A stretch of 64,000 bases of DNA from Paraphysomonas bandaiensis (GCA_965644295.1 CBFFRP010000335.1:1-64000), one strand, 5' to 3'. Shown: positions 47,554 through 61,390, counted from the first letter of the stretch. A program made the numbers and translations. The notes: a model not told the origin generated them from the sequence alone.

Positions 47554-47954
47554 AATTAGCACAGCAATTTAAATATCTGGTGCCTAACTCTCTAACTCTG
47601 ATATCCTACTATTTAACGGTACGAGAGCTGCTTGTGCGTCACCGCAAGTACCATGATGCAGCCGCTTTCCCTTTTTCACTCAAGGCAAACGCAGTGAGCA
47701 AACAGAATGTTGATATACCTGACACGTGCTGACTTCAGGATGCTTGAGTCTTGACTTCAGTAGGCAGCCCAATACGCTGGTTTCCCTTGAGTTGAGCCCA
47801 GTCCCGTAATCCCGGATGCCCTTGAGCGTTGAGGCCCTGAGGTGAGCCCATTTTCGGATGTCTGTTTATTCGTCAGAACCCAAAGCCCAAAGCCGTCTAC
47901 ACAATGATACTAATTAGTGTCCCTTGTACCACACACGCATTCGGTCTATGTTTG

Positions 47955-48043
47955 CGGCTTACTTTAGTTTCCTGAAGCAATCTCTCCAATACTCATCCCC
48001 CAGAACACTATATGAGAAGGTACGAGTCCGAGTTTGTTGAGGG
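47955..48043 (-). ncRNA. Decayed HDV-like ribozyme fold at the 5' end of an X copy
   Basis: CCCTCAAC..CGGACTCGT-ACC-TTCTCAT..GTTCTGG-GG..TTGGAG/CTTCAG (P4)..ACTAAA-GTAAGCCG. Confidence 0.5.
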
Positions 48044-48406
48044 TAACCACCCTTTAAACTTCAAAATGTCTATTTTGGATCTAGACACTATTAATAACTT
48101 ATATATTTCTGACTGGCAATACAAATGCAGTTAATTGACCTATCCCAGCAAAGACTTGTGTGACTAAAACACTGGTTGATATTTACTTCGTATTCTAGAC
48201 TGATACTCTACCGAATTGACGCACAGTATACTAAGCATCCTTAACTTAAAATCAATATTAATAATTTCATCATTTCATTACGATATTGACAAGAAGCAAT
48301 ATACCTAAATGTCTTGCACAGAAGTAGATGATATTGTACTTTTAATCGTAACTCATAGGCTATGTGCTCTACGACTATTACTTGAATAGTATTATCACCT
48401 TCCGTT

Positions 48407-50465
48407 CTACGCATTGACACTTATTGGATTTGTCATTTCTGACTGGCGTTCAATGCTGGCAGCGGAAGGCTTATACGAGTTCTTCTTTATGTAAAGAATA
48501 GAACTCACTGCCAAAACAACGGCTACCGCAGCTGCACTTATAACCACCACAACAATACCGGTGGTGCTGTCCACAAAGCTCTTGTCATCGTCACCACCAT
48601 GGTTGTTGCTGGATGACTTGTCGTCGTCATCATCATCCGGTTCCGAGTCTACATTAAACGCTGCTTTAAATATATCTACGTTCTTATATATCGTCCAGCC
48701 GGCCAAATCTGCAAGTAGGTTGGCCCTCTCGATATTGGTGTGGGCAAGTGCGGTAGTATAGTGCGGGAAAGATGCGAATGGCCCGATCGCCTTGATACTC
48801 GCTTGGTTCTGTGGGTCATTCAAGGGGACTACCAGATCTTGCATTTCCTCACTAAGCTCACTTTCCCATGTAAAACACCGGCCAAGATATACCCAAATAA
48901 CATTTACAAGACGCCCAGGTTGTATTCCGTATTTATCGTTCCGCACTGTGGTGTGGTTAAGTGACACGACTATTCCATTTCCTGTTGCCTGCGCCGCTTG
49001 CAGTGCCTTCGCCATGGGTACCCACTCATCTGAATCGAACACTTGAGAATTCTCAAGGTCAAACGAAGTATTACTGATGACTCCAAGCCCCTCCGCAATA
49101 TGTCCAAACCATGCCGGAACTGTAAAGTCAATATAGTCCTCGGTCAAGACATCAGTAGCAGGATCCCAATGAGTGGAATTATACATAGGCACAGATGTTG
49201 TTACAAATGCAACAATAGTAGATACATTTCGTTGAAGAAGAGATATGAGGTTAGTATTAGAAACACCAGCTCCATCGGCAATAACGTAAGACTCAAACAT
49301 GTCACTTGGGTTACGGGCCGAAGGCGAAAAGTAGTTAACTAGTCCGGAGGTTTGTTGAAGAGGTACTGAGCTGCTTGCAGCCACACTACAGCCAACTGCC
49401 CAGGAAGATGAGCCGGAAGTAAGAGCTAGATCACACTCCACTGTGGAAGGCGGAATAGATAAATTCCCCGTCGTCTGGCCGACAGGCAATCCGACGGATG
49501 GGGCATTTGCACCCGAGAATGCGAACGGTTCAAGTAGCCCGCCCACTGTCACCTCACGTGTCTCTGATTCATCATCTGTTATGTAAGTCACATTATTAGA
49601 GTAAGCCACGCCAACAGAGAGCGGGGTCCATTCTATTAAGGTGTAGTTACGGTTAACAGGGGTAAATGGGAGCATATCAAATGGTCCGATAAGAGTAGTA
49701 GAGATTATAGGAAAAGGTCGAGGGTCTATATCAGCCGTATCTCCATCACCGTTTCCTCGTAACACATAGAACTCAAAGGAGCTTAAGTCCGGGTTTCGAC
49801 TCTTTATATCAGCAACACTATCCTTGTTATATGAGTACCCGACTCCTCTCTCAATGCCCGACGGAGCAAGATATATCGCCTGGATATACATTGGGATCAT
49901 GTTCGTATAAATAGAGACAGACATACCTCCACAGCGTCCGCCCAGTCTTCAAACTCCGGTCCTTGTAGAATATATGACGAATTTGTGTATGATCGCACGC
50001 AGTCAGGGTCAATTAGCTTGAGACCTTCGTAACTTATGTTGGCAGGAAACACAATCTCACCCAACATTGTCGAGTCACTCACATTACCTTTCTGGTAATA
50101 TGAATACACAGTCGCAGCCCACGATCCTCCACTACAATGTTAAATAATACGTTAATATAATGAAGACAATCGTAATATACATATCACCTAACCCCCACAA
50201 GGTATCTCACGCTATCCATGAGACCGAGTTCGTGAAATGCACCCAAGTAACCAATCGATGCTGCGAAAGCTCTGTCGCCACCTCCAGAAAGTGACAACCC
50301 CACATTCGGACGAGATTTAACTTCTGGGAGTGAATATTCAGGAAAAGGCAGCAGGTCAGTGTCGGGCCCGATGCTTTGCCAAGCCTTTACGTCATAACTG
50401 GACACAGAGACAGCGAGCAGAAGGAGGGCAGTGCAAACGAATAAATCTGCATGATACTGCCACAT
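48407..50465 (-). CDS. Lysophospholipase/cPLA2-like lipase with signal peptide and C-terminal transmembrane anchor; 3 exons
   Basis: LSLSGGGDRA..G.L..L; nucleophile elbow G.SGG.W split by an intron; ADG.G..N; TM IVVVVISAAAVAVVLAVSSILYI. Confidence 0.85.
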
Positions 50466-50557
50466 TTTGCAATAAGCACTCGAAAAGTGGTGAGTGGGAC
50501 TGTCCAGCAAGAGCACAGAGTTAGATACTATAAATATCAATGGCCGAGATCTCATTC

Positions 50558-50922
50558 CATACATACATAGCTACATACATACATACATCATACATACATA
50601 CATACATACATACATACATACATACATACATACATACATACATACATACATACATACATACATACATACATACATACATACATACATACATACATACATA
50701 CATACATACATACATACATACATACATACATACATACATACATACATACATACATACATACATACATACATACATACATACATACATACATACATACATA
50801 CATACATACATACATACATACATACATACATACATACATACATACATACATACATACCTACATACCTACATACATACATACATACATACATACATACATA
50901 CATACATACATACATACATACA

Positions 50923-50954
<32 letters not shown>

Positions 50955-51655
50955 CATACATACATACATACATACATACATACATACATACATACATACA
51001 TACATACATACATACATACATACATACATACATACATACATACATACATACATACATACATACATACATACATACATACATACATACATACATACATACA
51101 TACATACATACATACATACATACATACATACATACATACATACATACATACATACATACATACATACATACATACATACATACATACATACATACATACA
51201 TACATACATACATACATACATACATACATACATACATACATACATACATACATACATACATACATACATACATACATACATACATACATACATACATACA
51301 TACATACATACATACATACATACATACATACATACATACATACATACATACATACATACATACATACATACATACATACATACATACATACATACATACA
51401 TACATACATACATACATACATACATACATACATACATACATACATACATACATACATACATACATACATACATACATACATACATACATACATACATACA
51501 TACATACATACATACATACATACATACATACATACATACATACATACATACATACATACATACATACATACATACATACATACATACATACATACATACA
51601 TACATACATACATACATACATACATACATACATACATACATACATACATACATAC
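50558..51655. repeat. (ACAT)n tetranucleotide microsatellite, ~1.1 kb
   Basis: Direct observation; few interruptions. Confidence 0.99.
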
Positions 51656-51771
51656 ACATCTCGCTGTCTTTAACTTCGTTTCACCACAAGTGTGCTCGGC
51701 GAACGGCGAATAAGAAGCCTATTAACTATATTTCTCATTGTGTGCCAGAAGAGTGTGAGTTCTTGGCGAAA

Positions 51772-54606
51772 ATGGATAGCTCTGTTGATATGAAGATGCT
51801 GTTCGAACAGTCTCAAAAGAACTCGGACAGGGATTTAGAAATAACTCCTGAGGTCGACCTGTGAGTGGTGGCTTACATATACTCATAGATGTATCACAGG
51901 AAGCGGAAAAATTTCGGAAAGCCTTTGATGATCCAGAGTTTTGTAAGCTTATGTCTGAATATGTCTCTGAACTCCAAGATCCGGCGAACAGAGCTGTAAG
52001 TGTTATGCGTGTAATGCATAACTTAACGTTAAAACATTAACACGTAGGAGACAGAAACATATATATCCCAGCTGGAAGGAGAAAACAAAGTGCCTGAAGG
52101 AAAGGAACTTATACGGTATAATAGACAGTTGTCTGTATATTCGTACCGTTTTTTGTAGACTAATTACGTTTTAGCCCTCAAATTGGCTTCGTAGCGAAGA
52201 CGTACAAAGTTGAAAGGGACACCAAAGACAAGGTTTTCGTTAATATAGTTCACTCCGATAAGGTTGCAGCTCCGACTAAGACCACGACTGCAAAAGGGCA
52301 AAATTGGTCATTACCTTATTCATTAGGACCTCCTCATATGGAGAAAGACCACAATGGTGATTCTGTTGTAGCTTTCGATTGCTGCTTCCATCCAGATGCA
52401 ACTACTATGAGTATGGGGCACAAGCCGTTTAGAGATCTGCTGGTACAAACTGCAATATCTGGTATTGAGGAAGCGTACAAGCGTCAGAAGCAACAGGTAG
52501 TATTTATCCATCTCGTAGCGCGCAATACATGAATGATTACCAGGTGCAACTCGAGAAAAACTTTCGGGTTTTGAAAGGAGTGAAATATAAAAGTGGACAA
52601 GTCCCATCAATGTTGATTGATGTTTCAGGGAAAAGTAAGTGGAGTGACCCAGTCCGTGCCAACTCGAAAGATAGTAGTGGTGACACTCCCTCTGCATCCA
52701 CAAATCAAGGATCTGCCAAAGAAGCCGCCCAAACGACAGAAAATGTTCGATACGTTTATTTTAGTTAAATATTGTAACTTTGTTTTTTCAGAGCGCATCC
52801 GCGCTATCTAAAAGTGAGACGCCTGCAATTAAGAAGGGATTTTTGACAAAAGCGAACAAGGAGAGTTCTACCGTTCGAGCACCAAAGGTTAGTATTTATT
52901 GGGTTCGTTGTTGATTCACTTGATGTAACGCTTTGCCAAAGACCAAGTCCAATAAACGTATTGAGGAAATTTCCGATAGTGTAAACGGTACTTTATTTCA
53001 CACTGCCTTTACGTACTGAAATATGTATCTACAGGTGGCGGTGAACAAGGGAACGCTGTTTCTACTCAGCCTGTGAGTAAAGTTCCCAACTACACAGTAA
53101 CAGAAAGAGGAACTGCGAATATGGGTGATTTCCAGGGTGTTGGTTCCAGTGGAACAAAGGTCGCGAGCACCAGGTTACAAAGTATTTACTTTTATCTGTG
53201 CGTGTAATTATTGGTATTAGACCCGAAGAACTCATCTACCGCATCGACATCCCTTTGGTTACGAAATCATCCAAGGTAGAACTTGATGTTGGGCAGCGGT
53301 AAATCACTTTTTGTTTCCAGTTTTTTGTTCTCATAGTTACGTTACGATAGGGAACTGAAGTTTAAATATCTTGATATATATGATATGTGTATAAAGCTCC
53401 CATATCCTGTGTTTGATAAGCGTGGTAACGCGAAGTTCGATAAAACGAAAAAACAACTCGTTCTGAAACTCCCGGTTCAACCTCACTCCATTTCCCACCA
53501 TGATACCTCTCCACCTGGACAAGATGACTGCACTACGAACGGAACTAGCGATGTTGAAACACCACCAGGTTTGCAAAACAACGAACTCGTTTGTTGGTTT
53601 AAACTCTTTCCAGTGACCGTTGCCTCTGTGGATTGTACTTCTGGTGATATTGAGAGTCAGCCAGGTTTGCTTAGAAAAGCGCTTTCGTGTTAAAATAATA
53701 TTTTTATCGGCTGTTGCTTCTGCAGTTTCCACTTCACATAAAAAGAAAGCTGGGAGCGATAAAAGTATTCATAGCAGATGGGTAAGTAGCGTGGAAAATG
53801 ACAGCGCGAGCCGTCAACTTCGTGAGGAAGTGCGCGCTAAAGCTGAAGAAGCAAAGCAAGCCAACACGATGGAAGCGAAACCGCCTCCGCCAAAACAGGA
53901 AAGCAGTGCAACTTCAACTACTACCAGTAATATTGATGAAGATACTGGAGACTACTTACCTGCTGTGTGCTTTGTTGGAAAGAAAGAGGGATATGTTTTC
54001 AAAAGAGGAAAGAACGGTCTGGGATATTATCGTGACTGCCTTGTAAATTCTCGAACTTCTGACAAGGGCCCCACCTTAGAGACTCTTACGCTTCCAGATT
54101 CCGTAAGTGCGAATGACCCTTGTCCAGGTACTAGGAGCAACTGGAAAGAATTTACCTATCAGTTCAGACAGACCAAAGAAGTAGTTGCTATAATAGTCCA
54201 AGTGCAAAAGATCATAGAGTCCAGTGTTGATATTCGCTTCGGCAACACAACTTGTGATGTGTATTTCAAGAGTGTCGGTGAAAGTAATGAATATCGTACG
54301 GAAGATGATGTTGAATATGCCATGGGTTTTGATGTTCTAGACAAATTAGATATAAAGTCCTGCAAATATGATGTTGCCACCCAGAATATGGTTATCATTT
54401 TGCAGAAACTTGTACCTGCTCTGTGGATATCGTCAGAGGATACTGAAATTGTGGTGCAGCGCTCATACAACACTGTGAAATCGGTGTCTACAGATGAAGA
54501 AAACTCTATGAGCACTAACACTTCTAATGTTGATTCCATGCACCAAACAGCGTCGAAGCTTGCTGAGATGCAGTTTTCTGTTGATGGTCTTATGGACTTA
54601 GATTAA
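51772..54606 (+). CDS. DNAAF2: Dynein axonemal assembly factor 2 (kintoun/PF13; PIH1 + CS domains), multi-exon
   Basis: F.KAF.DPEF.KLM.EY..E..DP.NR; P..GF..KT; KVFVNI; WSLPYSL.PP; FD..FHP; LPYPV....G.AKFDK.KK.L.L.LPV. Confidence 0.9.
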
Positions 54607-54854
54607 AGTGCAGCCATGAGAGACAACTGATATCCAACTTTACTTGTCATTAATAATTTAAAGAAATCAGACGGGTTGAATATAGATCCGAAATCTTGTT
54701 TCACTTCTCTTTTATGCATATGTAATATGTAGGGCGCAATATGTTCTCTCTTTAATTCAAAACGTTTGAATCCCATTGAATGTGACTGAGACATGCCGAA
54801 TACGTATTACATATACATTAAAAATAGAAACTTCTGCTTGCTGTGTATTCTATT

Positions 54855-55235
54855 CAAGGCTGCGTAACAATTAATTGCCATTAAATTGCAATAGATTTTA
54901 ACAATTAAATTGCAATGATTAGGTATAGCTTGCGCATTATAATGCCAATTATTGACTAACTAACTTAGTTACTCATTACAAGCACGAATTGCATCTTCAA
55001 CCGTACTTGCATTCCACAGAAGTCTATTAAAGCGCAAGAACATAGATTTGCGCATATCACTCATGCTGATTTTTGCTCTACTGAAAAGCCTTTCTACACA
55101 ATTAGTGGTTGTGGAGTAAATATGCCTCAAGCACTGGTGCTTAGTTGGTTTGATAGTGCGTTGTCGCTTTTGTTCTTGATGTCGTCAGTCATCAGTGAGT
55201 TGACACCATTATCGTCTTTTTTCTGTTCTTTATCA
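54855..55235 (-). mobile_element. hAT transposon 3' end with transposase C-terminal remnant
   Basis: TIR caaggctgcgtaacaattaatt. Minus strand translates TTNCVERLFSRAKISMSDMRKSMFLRFNRLLWNA (hAT dimerisation domain). Confidence 0.85.
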
Positions 55236-56123
55236 GTTCTTTACACCTACTGGTATGAAATTAGATGTAGTTCTCTATCCTCCCATACTTTTTCGCTCGT
55301 TCACACAAAATTCAGTAAAAGTATTCCACAATAGACACCAACCAGGTGATAGTATTAAACTTTTCTTCCAATGGTAGTGATTATCAATCAATCAATCAGC
55401 AGCAGTGAACATTGTCTGCATGAGACTACAATGACATTTTGACCTCTTCCTTTTGTCACCGTTACACTGCAGTCAAAATATCATTGTAGCCTCGTAGTTT
55501 ACATGAAACGCTACTGGGATAGTTACATGTTCACCTCCATGTACATGCTGTATTCGCATCATTCCATCATAACAAAGCATAAACAGCAAGGGGAGTGCAT
55601 AACCCCCGCCCATTAACAAATACTCCTAATCGCTGTTATAAAGAAAAGTGCTTTACTGCATGACACTCAATATCTCGATACTTGTCCCTTTCACTCGCTA
55701 TCCTTAATGGTCAGTCGGTGATCGAGATGAACACCTGCAACACACGGTGCCATTGTCATAGTGGTTTCCACCTGGTGCCGAGAAGTCGTATCTGATATAT
55801 GGATATATGGATATGCATGGAGTCCTCGCTCGATCATATGATGCGCATACAGTTGTACTGTATACAGAATACACGCACAATACAGAATACGGGAGTAGTC
55901 CACAGAAAGAAGAGAGCAGACTGCACCATGTTCGCTTTGTTCCTTTGAAGTGAAGTGTGAAGGGTGCTCATACAGCAGCAGCATCACATCATCTGTACAC
56001 AGTGATCAGATAGGAATGCACGGTTAGTGTATGTGTATGTGTGTGTATGCATATGCATGCGTAGAGTATCCATAAACTATCTTGATATTCGCCTGTGTAG
56101 AAGGACAACGAACACACCGCTAT

Positions 56124-58216
56124 ATGACCCATCCATTATCAACCAACACCTTGCATTTTATATCTGGAAACCCTCAATATGAGGTTAAGAAAGGCGCGAT
56201 TGAATTCTTTGAAGATGTTGCGCTGGACCGTGCCCTTACTTGTGATCGCGGTGGAAACTCTTCTCCCTTTCCCCAGAGATCGTGTGGCTCTCCCTCTAAC
56301 ACGACTCGACTGTTGTGTATTATATCTGTGCCGTCGTTTATGATTCATCAGGTAGATGAGTAGTGTGGGTATATCTGCTGCTGTATGATGTGCTGGTATA
56401 GGAGCTTCTGATGTATTTATCGAGTGAAATGAAGAGCATCGTTTCCATGCACGTGCTTCGACACTACAGCAGTCAAGATCAATACTGCGTTATACTTCTG
56501 CTGGATTCTACTGCTGCATGCAATGTTTTATTAAATGATTATCACGGCAGGGATTTATCCTCACTTCAGCCAACGACTTGCATGATATATCCCGTTAAAA
56601 GCATTTATCTTTTGAAAGATGATTTCTCGAAGGGGTATTTCTTTATTAGAGGGTATACGAATTTTACAGACAATGAAAAGCAAGATGAGGAATATTGCTC
56701 TGTATGCTTAGAATTGATATCGCCGACTCTACCAAAATCGTTTACAACATGCTGTAATCACACGTTTCATATAACGTGTATAAGTCGTTCAGAAGGAATT
56801 CAATGTCCACTGTGTAGGTGATAATCTGTGAAAGTGTCACTAGTGATAGCGTTCATTTACTGATATAGGTTTCAACACGACTCCTACAATAACAAAACAT
56901 GTTGCACAATGTGTGGATGGTTTGGGGGGGAAAATGAAAGGGAAGCGGAAGCTGCGCATCCATTTCCTGAGGTTATGTCAAGGACAGATCCTTCCGGGAC
57001 TAGTGATCGTACCGTTGATAGTCTGACCCCCAATACATTAGATTTATGGGTTTGCCTTGTGTGTGGGTTTGTTGGATGCGGAGAAAGCAACATGAATCAC
57101 ATTAAGCATCACTATGATCTTTCATTGCACGCGTATGCTATGAATACGGAGACAAAAAGAGTTTACGACTTCGCAGGTGTTCGTTTGTGTTTTCACGGGT
57201 TGTGATGAACATGCTTTTGTTAGGAGAAGGGTATGTGCATAGACTGATATTGTACAAATCCGATAACGGCACCGATATCCCCGAAGGAGTGAATGGTAGG
57301 TTAATACTTCTATCAAAGTCAAAAGTCTAATTGGTCATGTAGAGTTTGGAAGTTATGGTGTCGGAAGCCCTGAGGGTTCCTTGAAAGTAGCCGAAGTTTA
57401 TAATCCAAGGTTTGTTTATGATGACATCTTCAGTTGTATATAAAACTATACATTGCTACAGGAGTTTGACAGCTGTTCGTCATGAATTTGCACCCCTATC
57501 CCAACACCAAGAAGACAGTGTTGTATCCCGGTAAGAATCACTTACTGTGAAAAGGCGAAGCATATGGTAATCCTGCATTGTACAGTAAATTAGAAAGTGT
57601 AGCTGAGCATTACAGTGGGGCTTTGGCGTGGCAGGTAATATTCGTGCGCTGGTCGATTACACGTGTGATACGAGTTTAGTTGGAGCAACAACGTGAGCAT
57701 TATGAATGCTTGTTGTCTCACTTGCGAAGTTACAACGTCGAAGATCGTCGCGTGACTTCAAGCGAAGAAGTAAATAAGGTTTCCTTGTTAACATGTGGAT
57801 GAGGTTTCTCATTTTACGGATATAGGAGAATAATTACTCACGCACATGGACACAAAAGGTACTTCAATTGTTAGCTAGAGAAAAAGAAAAGCTGCTTAAA
57901 CAGAGAGAAGCTGCCTTGTTGCGGTTGAGGTAGCTTTTAAATACTATATGTATGGCTATAATATTTATATTATTCAGAAATGCCGAAGAAGAGAAGAAAG
58001 TATTACTTGAATTTAACTCCAACTTACTTCTCAACAAGGACATGTGGGCCGCCAAAGCGGATCATGTGTCCAAATGCTTGCATGAGGCTGAACGGTCGTA
58101 CAGGTATTAAGTTATGTGCAATATTAACGACAAGCATTGAAATTAAAAACAGAAATTCTATTCCGCCACTGGAGAAACGAGTCAGGAGCCTCGAAGAACA
58201 GATAAGTTCATTATGA
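56124..58216 (+). CDS. BRAP: BRCA1-associated protein BRAP2/ETP1-like E3 ligase (BRAP2, RING-H2, ZnF-UBP, coiled coil), multi-exon
   Basis: SGNP; LCI.SVP; RING C..CLE..CNHTFH..C..CPLCR; LWVCLVCGFVGC..H...HY..HAY..RVYDFAG.GYVHRLI. Confidence 0.9.
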
Positions 58217-58458
58217 TAGGACATAATGTAAAATATTATGATATCAGGATAACTTCTTTAAATAAATGGGTTCGCGCTGCTTGTTTTCACTTTTGAGGTT
58301 TTGTAGTTGCATACTCTTCATGGTCATACCTAGCATAGTACGCCATTACTATAGGCCATTGAAATTATATTATGTGTCTCACGTAGCTGAAGTGCATGAT
58401 TACAGAAATATTCGCTGTGTGTTACAAACCATCACTGGTAGAATGTATATAGTCTTAT

Positions 58459-58640
58459 GAAAGTCGTATTTTTTGCAATAGGCGTCAGGAATCAGCACCA
58501 GATACTAAGTAGCTAGACGAAAACTAGTTAAGTTAGATAGACTTCTACCTGTAACTAACTAGTACAAATTCTATCCTACTATATAACGCTACGAAAGCTG
58601 CTTGTGCGTCGCCGCAAGCACAAAGGTGCAACCACTTTCA
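58459..58640 (-). mobile_element. Family X retroposon, 5'-truncated copy
   Basis: 3' ~180 bp of X; same subfamily as the 14811 and 40822 copies. Confidence 0.8.
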
Positions 58641-59368
58641 TTTTTTTAGGACTTTGTGGAGGTCCAGGATTCTGAATTAGTGAGTCGAGTGTACCGAGCC
58701 TGAGAACACATGGTTGAGGGGGTGGATTGGGACGCCGTCGTGTCTGAAGATGGCGAGGGCCGTAACTGTGTTGGGCCTGGGGCAGAGAATAGCTGGCGGA
58801 GGCTGTTTTCAGTATTTAGTGCAAGTAGTACTGATCTATCTATACTACACAACCTCCCCCATACATATTGTAGTCTTATACAAATATTTCATTCAACATA
58901 CAAATAGGTCTTTCCCGACTGTACATTCTCCGCATTACCATTTACAAACCAAGTTCTTCTCTGTTCACAGTCAGTATCAGAGCGGTACAATGAGAAGGCT
59001 GACGGATCGTTATGGTGTGCATGTCCTTATGATCATCTTCTGCCTGTTGACCGCCGCATACTGCACATCCATACGGAATGATCTAATTAAAAAATAGGGA
59101 TTTTTAACAAGAAAACTGGTCGCTATAGTGCAGGAATACCATAGATAGTACCTATTTTTCTATAGTATATTCCTCCTCAAAAACACCACTGTCTGGTTGC
59201 ACTAAAATTAATGGAGGTTATGTATGTACGTGTGTATGTATGTATAGCAGTGTATGTAGGCATGTATGCTGGTTAAGTATGCAGGTACTAACTATGATCA
59301 CTGATAGTGCGTAGAGGCATATAGTGACACTGACAGCATTCAGATCAGATCAGATCAGATAAACTATT

Positions 59369-60301
59369 ATGTTTCTGGTTCGTAATTTAGGAGTGGCCAA
59401 GCAACAGAGAGTGTCTGGTAGCGCTATCTGCAGAGGGTTTGCTAGACTCAATGCTCCGCATGAAAATTTTATTACGAATGAGTTCATTGAGGCGGCATCC
59501 GCTCGACTATTAAGAGACAAGAAGACACGTGTAACGGATGTTAATCAGTTTCTTACTCTGTTTCGGTCTGAAATGAACTCTTCCAATTACATCAATTTCT
59601 TGGAGCGGTGCGGACGGCGCAAAATTCTCCAACCGAATCACGTGTTCGCTATAGGGAACGGCTTATTGTATTGTAAAGATGAGAACCCTGTTAGTTTAAA
59701 TGAGATTGACAAATTGTTTCAGTCTCTTGGGTATATGTCAGCTAAACATCGATCCACGCGAGCGCTTTTAGTTGCCACGTCATTCAAGCTGAAAAATAGC
59801 GACAACGCTCTAACTGGTGCACATATTGGTAAATATATTAATGCACTGAGAGATATGCGAAGTGGTCATCCCGAAGTACGCGAACTGCTTGAAGTTTTAA
59901 CTGAAAAAATTGCTGGCAGCGATGATAAACTCACGGCACACGATGCTACTCTAGCACTCTCTGGGTTGCAGTGTTTAAGTAGTGAATACGCAGAAGTAAG
60001 ATCAATGGTCCGCGAGCTCTCATCTAAGCTGAGCCAAGCATGCGAAGGAAAGTTGAACAACGAACAGTTTATTACTGTCATGCTGGGAATTCGGCGTCTT
60101 AGGAACGATCATACCGAAGTTCAGAACCTTTTACAAGCATTGATGATGCGTGTTGATACTGAAGCACAGGATGTTGTAAATGCCCATCAATGTAGGGAAG
60201 CACTTTCTGTCGCAGAAAATGTTGTAGTCCACAAAAGTGATGGTACGGAGGAACTTCTTGCGCACTTGAACCGAATTCTATCGACACTCACGTCAGAGTA
60301 G
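59369..60301 (+). CDS. Putative organelle-targeted helical-repeat protein (~40-aa OPR/RAP-associated-like repeats)
   Basis: Basic N-terminus lacking acidic residues; about four repeats of L...i...L.gL..msS...EVR.Ll..L..K; intronless. Confidence 0.7.
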   Translation: MFLVRNLGVAKQQRVSGSAICRGFARLNAPHENFITNEFIEAASARLLRDKKTRVTDVNQFLTLFRSEMNSSNYINFLERCGRRKILQPNHVFAIGNGLLYCKDENPVSLNEIDKLFQSLGYMSAKHRSTRALLVATSFKLKNSDNALTGAHIGKYINALRDMRSGHPEVRELLEVLTEKIAGSDDKLTAHDATLALSGLQCLSSEYAEVRSMVRELSSKLSQACEGKLNNEQFITVMLGIRRLRNDHTEVQNLLQALMMRVDTEAQDVVNAHQCREALSVAENVVVHKSDGTEELLAHLNRILSTLTSE

Positions 60302-60795
60302 GGTGCTTAGATCTAAAAAACTATTTCCACATATCAAATTACGTTTTCTTAGTGTATACTGGTCTCAGAGTATGTATATTATATCTGTGTCATATTTCTG
60401 TTTCTTGTTAATCACTAATTTCAAGACAGTAAGGACGTTGATTTTTTATTTTGAGCTATTGTGACAATCATTTCACTATTTTATCGATTCGATTGCAGCA
60501 TCCATGTCGCAATTATTTTAATTGACTTCAGGCTATTATCGAACGATATTGATTGCAAATAGTACCAGAGCTAACCTTCATTGTATCGAACCAACATATC
60601 AAAACTAAAAGAACATTGGATAATATTAGAGTAGTGAATACCTTAATACTAGCAGTTAGCAGTAGGCGTGTAAGGGTCAGAACTAATTTAGCATCTCAAT
60701 TTAACTACTATAACTAGTTCTACGAAAGCTGCTTGTGCATCGTACATCACTACAAACACCAAGGTGCAACCATTTTCGCTCTCCTGCTCAAATCA

Positions 60796-61093
60796 TGTTG
60801 AGTTTTGCTGCTTGAGCAATTAAAAGCTGTAATTCTAAGGTATTGGAATTATGACCGTTAGTCGAAGAATACAGTGGTGGTTAACAGTATTATGAGAACA
60901 AACAATATGATAGCTACAGTAGTAATGAAACTGAATATAATATATTGATCATACAAGACAGTGACGATGTAAGATCGTACGTAGAGATTGCTCGTAGAGA
61001 TAACATGAAATTGATGTGAGAGAGAGAGATTGATTTTTAATCATTATAACAAGATTAATGAGTGAACACACGTCCAGTTAACATAACTTAGCA
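60796..61093. mobile_element. Solo LTR with canonical TG...CA termini nested in an X copy
   Basis: tgttgagttttg...cataacttagca (9/12 inverted). 5-bp TSD aatca (60791-60795 / 61094-61098). Confidence 0.75.
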
Positions 61094-61390
61094 AATCATG
61101 CAATTGTGTCATAACTTGACAGAGCAAGCAGAATGATGATATTCTTGACAATTGCTGACATCAGGATTTTTGGGTCTTTAAGGTGACTAGCCCGGATGCT
61201 TAACTTCAGCAGGCAGCCCAACCCCGGATGCCTGTTTATTTGTCAAGGACGTCTACACAAGAGACACTTATATTAGTGTCCTTGTAGCACACAAACATTC
61301 GGCTATGCATACCCAAAACAATATCTGCTGTCTATAAATGCTGTTCACGTTAGTTTTCCGAAGCAATCTCTCCAGTACTTATCCCCCAGT

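Larger units (their letters stand above)
47191..48043 (-). mobile_element. Family X retroposon, full-length copy interrupted by a solo LTR
   Basis: 10-bp TSD taatcatcct (47181-47190) / taaccaccct (48044-48053). Both ends present. Confidence 0.85.

Noticed and set aside
47191-48043. Family X as a Helitron (CTAR-like end)
   Set aside because: No consistent 5' TC, no subterminal GC hairpin, and long TSDs are present.
53565-53670. Duplicated ccaggtttgc sequence in DNAAF2
   Set aside because: Explained by two ordinary donor sites flanking a short exon.
55300-55990. Possible minus-strand gene divergent from BRAP
   Set aside because: No recognisable domain or convincing exon chain.
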